A stretch of DNA of 62,847 bases, the filler included, from Reclinomonas americana ATCC 50394 (Eukaryota): the NCBI GenBank assembly GCA_048213135.1. It is 5 parts of 3 records of this genome, joined end to end, with 100 filler letters (N's around TTAATTAATTAA, not from the genome) between each part and the next. Parts side by side here need not be neighbours in the genome. Positions count along the whole stretch, not along the records: positions 10,596 to 33,914 come from PS015471.1; positions 34,015 to 38,607 come from PS015471.1; positions 38,708 to 59,194 come from PS015472.1; 2 more parts are not named here. One strand, given 5' to 3'. The notes beneath the pieces are model-generated. The model was not told where the DNA came from and did not search any database. It saw only the letters and a list, made by a program, of their open reading frames with translations. The position numbers and the translations under genes are program-made. Within the stretch, counting starts at the first letter, position 1; each line of letters begins with the position of its first letter. Of this stretch, positions 27,134 through 38,749 are shown piece by piece.

Positions 27134-30100
27134 TCATCGACCGGGACCGCGCGACGTCTCCGACACGCGTTGTGAGGCCTTGGCGTCGGTCTCCTTCTTG
27201 CGCACCACTGCAGAGAACTTGTGTCCGTATGACTTGCGGATCTGATCCAGCAGGTTGACAATCACGTTCGGGTCGCCGCGCAAAATGTCATTCTCCGACC
27301 ACAGATAGTCGAGTGGCATGTTCTGCAGTGGAGGCGTACACATGAGATACACAACGCGCGTGCACCGCCCCCCCACCACCCCTCCAGCTCCCACAAACCT
27401 TTCTCGTGCGCAGCACTTCGAGTGCCTTTCGAATGTTGTGCAGCGAGCTGGCCGACGACTTGGGCACGCGGGAAATGCCCTTCAGCTCGGCGTGCTCCAG
27501 GGCGCCCACCAGATCGCACAGCAGCACGCCAGTGGAGAACTCAGGTACCGAGGTGCCCTCCAGCGAGAAAGGCGAGCGCAGCTCAATGCCGAGCGAGGCC
27601 AGCCACTTACCCAACAAGTAGGCGAGTGAGGGTGCGAGCTGGTCGTCGTCTTGACCGCCGCGCTGCTGACCCTCAAACACGTCGTGCAGGTGGCGGTGCG
27701 TGCCCGAGTGCACCAACTCACTCAGACCCAACGCCGGCCCATTGGGTGCGAGCCCCANNNNNNNNNNNNNNNNNNNNNNNNNNNNNNNNNNNNNNNNNNN
27801 NNNNNNNNNNNNNNNNNNNNNNNNNNNNNNNNNNNNNNNNNNNNNNNNNNNNNNNNNNNNNNNNNNNNNNNNNNNNNNNNNNNNNNNNNNNNNNNNNNNN
27901 NNNNNNNNNNNNNNNNNNNNNNNNNNNNNNNNNNNNNNNNNNNNNNNNNNNNNNNNNNNNNNNNNNNNNNNNNNNNNNNNNNNNNNNNNNNNNNNNNNNN
28001 NNNNNNNNNNNNNNNNNNNNNNNNNNNNNNNNNNNNNNNNNNNNNNNNNNNNNNNNNNNNNNNNNNNNNNNNNNNNNNNNNNNNNNNNNNNNNNNNNNNN
28101 NNNNNNNNNNNNNNNNNNNNNNNNNNNNNNNNNNNNNNNNNNNNNNNNNNNNNNNNNNNNNNNNNNNNNNNNNNNNNNNNNNNNNNNNNNNNNNNNNNNN
28201 NNNNNNNNNNNNNNNNNNNNNNNNNNNNNNNNNNNNNNNNNNNNNNNNNNNNNNNNNNNNNNNNNNNNNNNNNNNNNNNNNNNNNNNNNNNNNNNNNNNN
28301 NNNNNNNNNNNNNNNNNNNNNNNNNNGCGTTGGAGGGCGTGGCCGTTGATCCCACAAACGGTTCCGGGTTGGCCGGTGCGTGGTCTAATGCGGTGCGAAA
28401 ACAGGAGTGTGAGGAGAGTGAAATACCGATGTGAAGCAAAAACGAAAGATGAATGCGCAACTGAGGCCAGCGCCGGTGAGACGTGCCGGTGTCGGGACGG
28501 CGGATTTGAGCAGCGTGGGTGGTGTCACTGGGCGCTGCAGCTGCACAAACGACTTGTGGATGAACAAGATGGCGCAGCGAGTAACGGTAGGCAACAGGAG
28601 CGACTTACCGACGCGTACTCTGAAACACCGCCGGCGCGTGTGTCGATGCGGCGACCATTCAGAATGACTCCCATCTCCTCCTGCGGGTCGACCAACACAC
28701 TAAAGTCCATCTGCTGTACAATATGCTGGAACTCGCCGAGGTACGGCAGCTCCACTGAACCCGGCATTGGCATGGACGGCCGTGGTGGCAGCTTATCGTA
28801 CATGCGATGAATGTCTTCCACCAGACCCAGACACACAATCTTGTTGCCGCTGTAAATCTCCCCGTCGCACCTGTGTGCGTCTTGGTTGAGGAACGCAACA
28901 AAGCGCAAAAACAAAAATAGATGCATCAATGTCGACGCACCACAAGAACCGATTGCTCATGTCCTTCCTGTGGCGCAGGATCTCCATGGCCTTGCCGATG
29001 TTGGACAGGGCGGTGGCCTTGACCTTGGGATTGCGTGTCACTCCAATCACACGCTTGCCGCAAGTGACAGACACCAGATCACACAGCATGACTCCGTTCT
29101 GAATCGACGGCATGGCTTCGTCGAGGGTGTTGACGGGCGTGGCCGCGTAGCGGAACACACCGAGCGAGTTGAGCCACAGCATCGTGGCCACCTCGAGTCG
29201 CCGCAGCTGCTCGCCATCGTACGGGCAACGTGGATCAGAGACAGTGCGCGATCGCATGCGACTGCGGGCCGTGCGCAATGACGTGGCATTGGGGTACGCC
29301 TTGCTGATGCTCCACACGAGATCCCACAGCACAGTGTCGTTGCCCTGAGCAAACACACACACGCGCGCACACACATGCAGTGGTGGGTGCAACAGACTCC
29401 GAAAACTGCTACCACAGCGACGACGACATCACCAACCTTGACGACCTCTTCACCAGCCCACAGCAGTGTTGTTGGTATTTGCCTCTTCTTGCGCAGCACA
29501 CTCAACGCCTTCTCCACATTCTCGCGGGCGGCGACCACAGTCTTCGGTTGCCGCACCACTCCAGTCAACTTCTCACCCTCCAACGTCTCCACGAGATCAC
29601 ACAGAAGTGTGCCATTGCGTCGCGGATCGCGAAGCGGATGCGTCCACTCGTGTAGTGTGGCATTATCGGTGCTGCGTGCGCGATCCGCATCCCGCCTGCG
29701 AGTGGTGGTTACCACTGCACGGAAGGGAGAACGAGAGAGCGAGAAAAAAGTGAGAACGGAGACAAGAGGGGAGATGTGGCGACACACTCACCGCCCACAT
29801 ACTCGGCCGTCCGCGAATCGTACAGCGGGCCGTCTCCACTGTTCATGCCTGCTGCGGTTTCGTAATCCGACATAACAAGACCGAGCTTGAGCAGGAATCG
29901 TTTGCACGCCGCCTGCCATCATCATCATCCGTGAATCATAACGAAAGACTGAAGGAGGCTGCAGGGTGCGCACGAACCTCACGCTGCAGTTTCGTTTCCT
30001 CGTCATCGCGCTGCTCCTGATCCATCTCTGCTAGATGCGGCAGACCGCCCTCCAAGTGGCTGAGCCGGCCAGGTGAGTACGCTCCACTGCCTGCCATCGG

Positions 30101-32396
30101 TTTGGGCAGCGGACTCTTCGCCACGTCTGCCATGTGTTGCAGTGATGCGCCGAGACCAGAGGAGCCGCCACGAGAACGAGGAGCACTCTGCGAGCGCTCA
30201 CGCGATCGCCTCCTGCTGCCGTCGCCGGCATTAGCGCCCCCTTCTGTGGCATTCTGCGGCTTGGAGTCGTTGTGCAGATGTTCCAGGTGCGCAAACACTC
30301 CGTCGATCGAGTTGGTGCGCTTCCTCGACCGTGAGGCCGGTCGTCTCGGGAACTCCTGTCGCAGCAGTGAGTATACTGTGCGCGCCCCTCAGCAATACAT
30401 ACACGCACACACGCACGCAACTTGCATAATGTCGGCGAGGAGACCCCAGATGACCTCCGTGTCGCCATTCACAATCTCGTCGGTCGCCCACAAATAGCGC
30501 GGATTGAGCTTCTTGACGTGCCGAAAGTGCGCAAGTGAGCGATCGACGTTGCTGATTTGACGTGCACGCGATCGCGGATTGGCCTCCACACCCGACACCG
30601 GCTGCTTGAGCAACAAGTTCGACAGCTCTGCCAGCATGACACCAGTGCTCATGCCCTCCAGAATGTTCTTGGCCTTGATGCGCACATCGCCTGCTTCGCC
30701 GCCAGCAAAACTGCGAACGCCCGCGTCGAGCAACCACGCAGCAATGTCCTCCTACACAGCGTACACCACTCGGAAGTGAGACGTGCAGACTGAAAGCATC
30801 GCGCGACGCACACCAGCTCAACTTGCTCCTTGGTCATGGGAATGACAAAGCTGTGATCGAACGGACGCGTGGAGACACGCTCATCGCGACCGCCACTTGT
30901 CGCGCCCGTCATGTTGGTGGTCATCGACAGCCCCGTGGCGCCTCCGGCGGCGGAACCAGTGCCCACAGTGGCCACTGCAGCTCCGCTGGCATTCCACTCG
31001 GCGTTGCCCGGTAACCGGCTGTGGCAGGAGGTGAGTCAGAGCGACAGAATTCGAGAAAAAACCACAGCAGCCACACGTGACTGACCGATGCGGTGGTGAG
31101 ACGGTGCTTGTATGCATGGCACTGCCTGCTGCGCGTCGACGATTGACTCCGAAAAACAGATTCTTCATCGGCGGTGTAGGTGTGGGTCTGCGAGAACCCG
31201 TGCTGGTGCTGCGTGCTCGTGACGCTGAAGCAACACAGAGGATAAGAAGTCAAACAACCAAAATCGTGAGCAACACGGACTGCTCTGGTCTCGCCTCACC
31301 AGAGTCAGGCACTCCACTGCCTCCCGCGGCCGCCGAGAGACCACTAAAGGCCAGCGCGGCGGACGGACTGGAGGCTGTGGGAGTAAAGATCTGACGCACC
31401 AGCGGCATCGGCGACGGTGTGCGAGCGCGCGATGGTGTCGTGGCAGCCGCAGCCGCTGTTTGGCCCGAACCAGCACCGCCACTGGCAGCACCAGAGGGGG
31501 CACCAGAAGGTCCCACTCCATCCTCTGATGACCGTCGGCGATGCGACGACGACGGTGTGCGTCGGCGACCACCGGATCGTGATCGACGAGAGGCACCACC
31601 GTTTTGTTGCGGTGTGCCGACCGAGCTCGCCAACGACGACGGCGTCGGTGCACTGCCGCCTGCTACAGCTGCGCCTCCATTCGCCCGGGGTGGCGGTGAT
31701 GGATCGCGTTTCCTACGACCGTTGGTGGGTGATGCGGCCCACGACGCATCACGCCTCCGCGCTGTCGACGCTGTCGAAATGCGCATCGAAATGCCGCTGT
31801 CGACGCTCTCCAACGCCGCCGCCGACGACACCGACTGCGTGCAATGCGAAACACACACACCACGCACATACACAAGTGAGCGAGTGCGACACAAAGCAGG
31901 CGAAACGTAAGCGCGCGCTCAAACCTTCTCGGTGCCGACCGCCGATCGCGGATCCTCTCCGTCGCCAAACGCGAAGCGAAACATGGCCAGCAAATGCAAC
32001 GCGGCCAGCTTGTCGCCCTGTTCGCACGCTCCACGAGTGAGCGCAAGAGGCGAAAGCGTGCACACACACCAAGAAGAGTACCTTGACGAGATCCATGGCG
32101 GCAAATCGACTGCCAAGGGTGACCGGCAACGGTCCAACACACCGCCGCAGCGTCTGCAACACCCACTCCACTCGTTCCAATGGCGATCCCAACGACTCCT
32201 GCTGCACGTCACTCGACGCGGAAGGGTGGGTGCTGAGCCAGTGTCGCATCATGTCGACAAAGACCACTCCATCGCGCAATTCGCTGAGTGACGACACCAG
32301 CAGGCATGAGGGCACACTCAGCGAGTTGATCCAGTACACCAGAATGCGCTCGTGGAAAATGCTGTCGTGCGCCGACGGCGACGACGACAACGACAT
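27134..32396 (-). CDS. Large protein with about five calponin-homology (CH) domains
   Basis: Repeated CH signatures: LSELRDGVVFVDMM, MSTGVMLAELSNLL..NVDRSLAHF, LRNGTLLCDLVETL..NVEKALSVL, IQNGVMLCDLVSV..NIGKAMEIL, FSTGVLLCDLVGAL..NIRKALEVL. Crosses gap 27758-28326. Confidence 0.8.
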
Positions 32397-32638
32397 GACA
32401 CACTCCACTCACGCACACACACTCTCTCTCTCTCTCTCTCACTCAATCGCTTGCACTCACACACACGAGCTCTGTCTCTGCGAGTGCACAGGCCACTACT
32501 ACACACGCACACTCTCTGTGTTGCACGCGTGTGTGTGTGGCGACGAGTCGAATCGGTGTTTCCCGCCAACAACGTGCAAAGGACAGCGCGACGTTTTACT
32601 GCGGATCACTCTCTCTATCGCCGGCTTGCTCCACGTCT

Positions 32639-33283
32639 TCAGAAGCAACAATCGCAGCTGCACGACAACAGAGCACGCACGAATGAGTTAGCACAAAACG
32701 CCCACGTGTGAGAAAGACGACATCGCAACTCAAAGGGACACAACGGGGTGTCGCCACCCTTGCCGATCCGCAGCTCCTCCGACGAGTACACGCGAACACC
32801 GTCGACAATCTTCCCTGCACCACAAAACAACGCGCGCACATGTCACGAATCGCGATCAGAGAGGTCGTCGACGTTCTCCCCCACGACGCAACTAGAAGCC
32901 GCTGATCGTGCGCCTCGTGGATCCGAGAACAGATCATCACCGTCACCGCCGCGCTTCTTGCTCTTCCTTCTGCTGTCGCCTTCTGTCACCTCATAGTCGT
33001 CGTCATCATCGTTGCCGGCGACTGCTGACGCGACCTCGCCTGCTCGTCGCTTGCTGCTCTTCTTCGCCGGTGCTCTTCTCTCCTCTTTCGCCGCTGCCTC
33101 CTCTGATGCCTCTGCCTCACGCTTCTTGCTCTTCACCACAGCAAAGATCGATTCGATGTCTTCGGAGGAAGCAGCAGCAGCAGTGGGTGCCTTCGTCGTC
33201 TTCTTCTTCTCCTCCTCCTTCTTCTCCTTTTGCTGCTTCTTGCCCTTCTTGGGCTTGACCTCCTTCTTCTTCCCGGCGTTCAT
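32639..33283 (-). CDS. DUF1764 family protein
   Basis: Lys-rich N-terminus, then DDLFSDPRG...RKIVDGVRVYSSEELRIGKGGDTPLCPFDCDCCF* after two introns. Start uncertain. Confidence 0.88.
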
Positions 33284-33675
33284 TGCGTGCGTGATTGGGG
33301 GATGTCCTGCTCGTCGTCCGTGTGTGTGAATGCAGAGTGAGGAAGAGGCGGCGGCCACTGCACTGCGCACATCGCTGCAGGCACTGACGGAGCTCGTCGC
33401 ACAATGATATGCCATGCTTTGCCTGCTCGTTTGCTACCTGGTTGTTGTTGTGCTGACAATGTTTGGTGCAGCGCACTGAGGCCGACTTGCACGTGCTCGC
33501 CGACAACTACCGCAGCATGACGCACGTCAACGAGGCGTGGAGGCAACTGATGCAGCCGCAGACGCCACCTCCATCATGACATGAACTTGTGGATGTTTTT
33601 TCTTATCTAATGATTGCATTCACTACTCGCGAGGGCCCTCCGCACTCCCCGAGTACGGCTGGCTCCCACATTCTA

Positions 33676-33913
33676 TCACCACTTGACCTGCGGATTGCTC
33701 ACAAACGCAGCATAATCGTCGCCATTGAAGATCGAGATCTCGGTCTCGTTTTCTGCACATGTACACCAGCAGCAGGCGGCTGAGTAACTCGCCAAGAGAG
33801 AGAAAACTCTATATATCCCTCTCACCGACACCTGCGTCGGCCAGCGTCTGATCATCGTGGATCCACAGTCGCTCGTCGGGATTGGTGTTCACAATGAGAT
33901 CCGATGTCTTTTG
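33676..33913 (-). CDS. UPF0538 / C2orf76 (DUF2340)-like protein, 3' two exons (5' lost in gap)
   Basis: KTSDLIVNTNPDERLWIHDDQTLADAGV|ENETEISIFNGDDYAAFVSNPQVKW*; intron 33753-33825. Absent from the ORF track. Confidence 0.8.
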
Positions 33914-33958
33914 TNNNNNNNNNNNNNNNNNNNNNNNNNNNNNNNNNNNNNNNNNNNN

Positions 33959-33970
33959 TTAATTAATTAA
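33959..33970. other. Artificial contig linker TTAATTAATTAA
   Basis: Same 12-mer inside an N run. Confidence 0.95.
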
Positions 33971-34028
33971 NNNNNNNNNNNNNNNNNNNNNNNNNNNNNN
34001 NNNNNNNNNNNNNNCCCCCGTGTCGCAC

Positions 34029-34800
34029 ATGGAGCTCGACGACCACACCGCGTACTCGGCTAATCCACCACCACCACCACCACCACCATCTTCATCTTCC
34101 GCCCAACAAGTGAGCGAGGCCATTTTGTGGAACGCGCACGGTCTCACTGTCGAAAATGTTGAGAGCGATGCGCCTATTGGCGGGGATGATGGAGGCAGCC
34201 TCAGCAGCTCGGTGTCGCAGTTTCGTGCTGTTTCGTGCCACTCGCCCACGCACAATGTGACTGACGTGAATGCGCAGGCCGAATGAACGCAAGAGAAGAC
34301 GAGAGAGCGATGGCAGTGACGAGGTGGATGAGCCAGCACAAAAGGAGGCTCTGCCGGCAGTAGCGCAAGCGCGGCGTCTGTGGATTGAACTGTGTACGGC
34401 TGGCACCGTTGAGGGACCATTGGGTGGGTGGCTGTCGGATTCTGTTGTCGTTGTGTGTGTGTGTGCTGACTGACGCTTCGTGCAACTCTTGGTGCCAGAT
34501 GGTGTGCGAGTTCCGCTCCGAATCATTCGCAGCACAACACTGGAGGACTTTGGGCGACTGGCGAAGCAGCAAGTCCGAGCCGTGCTGCAGCGCGACCCGC
34601 ATGTACTGTGGTATCACATTGGCGACAAGAGAGTGGAGCTGCCGCTGGCGTCGACAGGCGGTATCGATGACGACGACGTGAATCAATGGGCCGACTTGCG
34701 CCGCCTTGCGTGGCAGCCATCTGTCCTTGATGGTGATGAGGGTGGTGAGCGGGTAGGGGATCAGCTGCAGGAGGCGCCCGTCTTGCTCTTTGCCTCATAG
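34029..34800 (+). CDS. Hypothetical protein (probably 5'-partial)
   Basis: Exon-like ORFs RKRRRESDGSDEVDEP...LWIELC and GVRVPLRIIRSTTLEDF...LLFAS*, separated by GT-AG introns. Confidence 0.5.
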
Positions 34801-34890
34801 TATCACGAAGAGGGAGGGAAACATTTAAAGAGAAACAAGAAATACAATAATGCTTGCGCAATGATAACTTTACGAGACCCGAACTGTCTG

Positions 34891-35821
34891 TCACGGACGC
34901 CGCCGATCATCAATGATTGGTCTCACCGCTGACAGACCGACCCCCCGGATTCCATCCTCGTCACCGCCGCCGCCGGAGGGTTTTGAGGAGGACGAGGAGC
35001 CACCGCCACTGCGTGCATTCGCCGTCACCATGGCCCTGCCTGCCGCGTGATCGTCGTCCTCGTCGTCGTCTTCTTCATCCTCCTCCTCCTCGTCATCGGC
35101 ATGGTGTCGCCGCACAACTTCTGCATCATCGTCGTCGTCGGCATAGTTGACTCCCCGACCGGCGCCGGCACCATCATCGCCATCGCCATCCTCCCCGTCA
35201 TCGTCGTCGTCATCGTCATCATCGTCGTCGTCGTCTCGGTACGCCAGGTCGCTGTCCTCCAAGTAGACGCCACGACGGATCAGCTCCACCTCCGCCTCGG
35301 CTCGCGCCTTGCGCAAGTCGGCGACTTTTTGCTCCATGCGTTGCATTTTCTGCGCGAGTGTCGCAAATCAGCAACGACGCAACGCAACGCGCACGCGCGT
35401 TCAGCCACGGGATCCAACGCACCTCTGCAGACTCGGCAATCTTCTCCTCCAGATTCCTCATAATCTGTGGATATTCTTCTTGCAAAAATCGCTCCTCATC
35501 GACACCCAGTCCGCTCCCACTGCGCGGGCGATTGCCAGCTGCTGCACCACCGGCCGCCGCAGTGGCTGGTGGCGATGTTCCACTGGCAGCCGCAGCGGCC
35601 TCGCGATCGCGATCTCGCAGAATGCTAACACGAGTGTGTGATTAGCAGGACCGACGAGCACACTCTGCTTTTCGTCGCTGCTCACCCTTGGTACGCCGAC
35701 TCCAGCTGTCGTTTCCTGCTCAGCATCTCACTGTGCCGCGCGCGCAACTCCAGCAACGAGTGCTCCACCGCCAGCGCCTCCTCGCGCATCTCGGCTGCCC
35801 GGCGCAGCGCGGGATCCTGCA
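34891..35821 (-). CDS. Coiled-coil/acidic protein, 3' exons (may be the C-terminus of the kinase across the gap)
   Basis: DPALRRAAEMREEALAVEHSLLEL..., EERFLQEEYPQIMRNLEEKIAESAE|KMQRMEQKV..., poly-Asp tract. Confidence 0.6.
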
Positions 35822-36574
35822 GACGACGCCACAATAAACAACTAGAGCAACAGCAGGCACGACGTCTCANNNNNNNNNNNNNNNNNNNNNNNNNNNNNNN
35901 NNNNNNNNNNNNNNNNNNNNNNNNNNNNNNNNNNNNNNNNNNNNNNNNNNNNNNNNNNNNNNNNNNNNNNNNNNNNNNNNNNNNNNNNNNNNNNNNNNNN
36001 NNNNNNNNNNNNNNNNNNNNNNNNNNNNNNNNNNNNNNNNNNNNNNNNNNNNNNNNNNNNNNNNNNNNNNNNNNNNNNNNNNNNNNNNNNNNNNNNNNNN
36101 NNNNNNNNNNNNNNNNNNNNNNNNNNNNNNNNNNNNNNNNNNNNNNNNNNNNNNNNNNNNNNNNNNNNNNNNNNNNNNNNNNNNNNNNNNNNNNNNNNNN
36201 NNNNNNNNNNNNNNNNNNNNNNNNNNNNNNNNNNNNNNNNNNNNNNNNNNNNNNNNNNNNNNNNNNNNNNNNNNNNNNNNNNNNNNNNNNNNNNNNNNNN
36301 NNNNNNNNNNNNNNNNNNNNNNNNNNNNNNNNNNNNNNNNNNNNNNNNNNNNNNNNNNNNNNNNNNNNNNNNNNNNNNNNNNNNNNNNNNNNNNNNNNNN
36401 NNNNNNNNNNNNNNNNNNNNNNNNNNNNNNNNNNNNNNNNNNNNNNNNNNNNNNNNNNNNNNNNNNNNNNNNNNNNNNNNNNNNNNNNNGGTGGGTGAGT
36501 GAGTGCGTGGAGGGGAAAGAGACTACGACAACACAAAGCAACAAGAAGGACAAGAAGAATCACACATGCGCACC

Positions 36575-36933
36575 CATACTTCCTCCGTGTCGGCATCGTA
36601 GACCAGCTTGACCTTCCCGTAGGCGCCGGCGCCTAGTTTCTTCACCACCACGTACTTGTTGATCATCTTGGCGCCGTCCTCGGTCGACCCAAAATGCACC
36701 TGGCCCGACGAGAGCACGCGAACGTGTGATGATGATGAGCCGCCACCTCTGTTCCCATCCATCGTCGTCATCTCGCCCGACTGTGGTCCTCCGCCTTCGC
36801 CGTCGTCGTCGGTCACGGGGCGCACACCGGCCGCTGTTGTGTGTGTGTGTGAGAGAGAGAGAGAGTGAGTTGCTGATCAGCGCATGCATTCCCTTTCGGT
36901 GCGCGCACCATCCTTGGATTTGCTGCAGCCCAT
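36575..36933 (-). CDS. CAMKK/SAK1-like Ser/Thr kinase, 5' exons, with N-acylation motif
   Basis: MGCSKSKD|AAGVRP...KMINKYVVVKKLGAGAYGKVKLVYD; remainder lies in the N gap. Confidence 0.75.
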
Positions 36934-38349
36934 GGTTCAAACTCCGCTGTCGCCAGGCGTATGTGTGTGTGTGCGATGTGCGTGTGTGTGTGTGCGTGTG
37001 TGTGTGCGTGGGGAGTTCGGGGAAAATGTCGGCGACTCCTCACAACGCGCGCACGCCCTCGCCCTCCACTGGTGTGGGTTTGAGTGGGATGCAAAGAGAG
37101 ACAGAGGCCAGCAGGCGACGGCAGCCGCAACCGACGTTGAGGCGTGCGGCAACGAGCGAGAGAGAGAGAGAGAGGAAGGGGGGTCAATGGACTCGCGAGC
37201 GCGGCGGCTACATGTTCGAACCCGCGCGTGGATGCAGTCGTCCTCGGCGGTGGAGGCGTGTGGTGGTCTGCAGTTATCGGGCCAGCATGAGATCAATGAA
37301 GCGCAGGGAGAGGGAGGGGAGAGAGGGGGAGAGAGACAACGAGAGTGGTTATTCGAAATCCCGATATTCCTCCGATATTGCACTCGCGGTCGTTTCTGGT
37401 TCCTGCGAGGACGCTGTTGCGGTCATGCGCAGCGGTATGCCGTGCAGTGAGGGGTCTCCTCCCCGTCAGCCACACACACCACCACAGCTGTCGTGTCGTT
37501 CCTGCGTGCAACGCAATTGTTCGGATTCATGGTGTTGCATCGCATTGACCAGTTTTTTTGTAGAGCTCACGACGGAGGGACTTCTGTGGATGAAAGGCCC
37601 ATTTTTCGTCTCTCCAGATGCGTTCACCACTGAAGCCGTGCATTCTCGCAGCAATGCGGATCGGAGCCGACCTGTGGTCGCGCCGGTGCCGGCGGTGCGT
37701 GCAAAAGACAAAGCGATTGCGGTGTGAGCTGTCCGTGTGAATTCGGCAAGCGGGTTGCGTTCAGGGATGACCTGACGCCGAGTGGACCACTGCAGTCAGC
37801 TCCTGCAACTCGAACTGCGGCAAACCAGCGATTTGATTGGCGAACTGGATTGCAATTCAAATCCTCCAGGTTGAATCAGGGTTGTCAACTATTCAACCTG
37901 GCTAGAATTGTATACTCTTCCCCTACTAGTACTGTAGACGGGCACCACGGGCAAGATCTCGATCCGCCGTTCCAATATCGCGTGAGCTTCGAATTCACAG
38001 ATTGTATCGCTCACCTCGCTATCTGCGCTTTGTATCCAGTTTCCGGACTGCCGTGGAGATGACAACAAACGCCATGCAGCCGGCCACAGCTTTGGATTTC
38101 ACCACCCGACGAGCCAATCGACTGCCACTTGTACATCGAGATCGAAGTGCACAAGTGAAGTGCGTCCGCACTCTGGCCTCCCCGCACGCGCGCTTTCGAC
38201 ATTTGGCGTGCTCCGTTTCCCGCACACACACACACACACACGACATTTGCGCGCGCGCGTGTGTGTGAGCGTGAGCGTGAGCGTGTGCGCTTCTGATCGC
38301 GCGTCATCGCCACCTCCTCGTCTCTTTCTCTCTTCTCTCTGTTGAGCGG

Positions 38350-38586
38350 ATGGCAGAAAAGTTGTTTCTGAAGGTGGTGGAGGGACTGTATGTGTTTCGC
38401 TATCCGGGCTACGACTACAACAAGCCGAGCTCGCACCCCTCCAACGTGTCGGCACTAACGGTTGAGAAGCGAGACAAGTACCTCACGCAAGTCAACGAGC
38501 ATGTGCGCTCCCGCCACTGCGGCTGCTACATGGTGGTCTCGTGGGATCGCAGGAAGTTTGCCGAAGATCTCTTTGTCGATGGCTCG
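38350..38586 (+). CDS. First exon of a PTEN-like-domain protein (tentative)
   Basis: MAEKLFLKVVEGLYVF...YLTQVNEHVRSRHCGCYMVVSW resembles the N-terminus of PTEN/tensin-type domains; truncated by a gap. Confidence 0.4.
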
Positions 38587-38651
38587 GTGCGTGCGTGCGT
38601 GCGTGTGNNNNNNNNNNNNNNNNNNNNNNNNNNNNNNNNNNNNNNNNNNNN

Positions 38652-38663
38652 TTAATTAATTAA
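38652..38663. other. Artificial contig linker TTAATTAATTAA
   Basis: Same 12-mer inside an N run. Confidence 0.95.
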
Positions 38664-38749
38664 NNNNNNNNNNNNNNNNNNNNNNNNNNNNNNNNNNNNN
38701 NNNNNNNGGAGTGAGCAAGAGTATGCGAGCAGCAAAACAGCTGACGTAC

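Noticed and set aside
32656..32729. Non-canonical TT-starting introns (exon keeps the G)
   Set aside because: This would break the AG acceptor and alter conserved residues (CPFD to CPFE; ELO NS to NA).
33550..33914. Possible snoRNA or riboswitch in an apparently ORF-free stretch
   Set aside because: The minus strand encodes the last two exons of a UPF0538-like gene.
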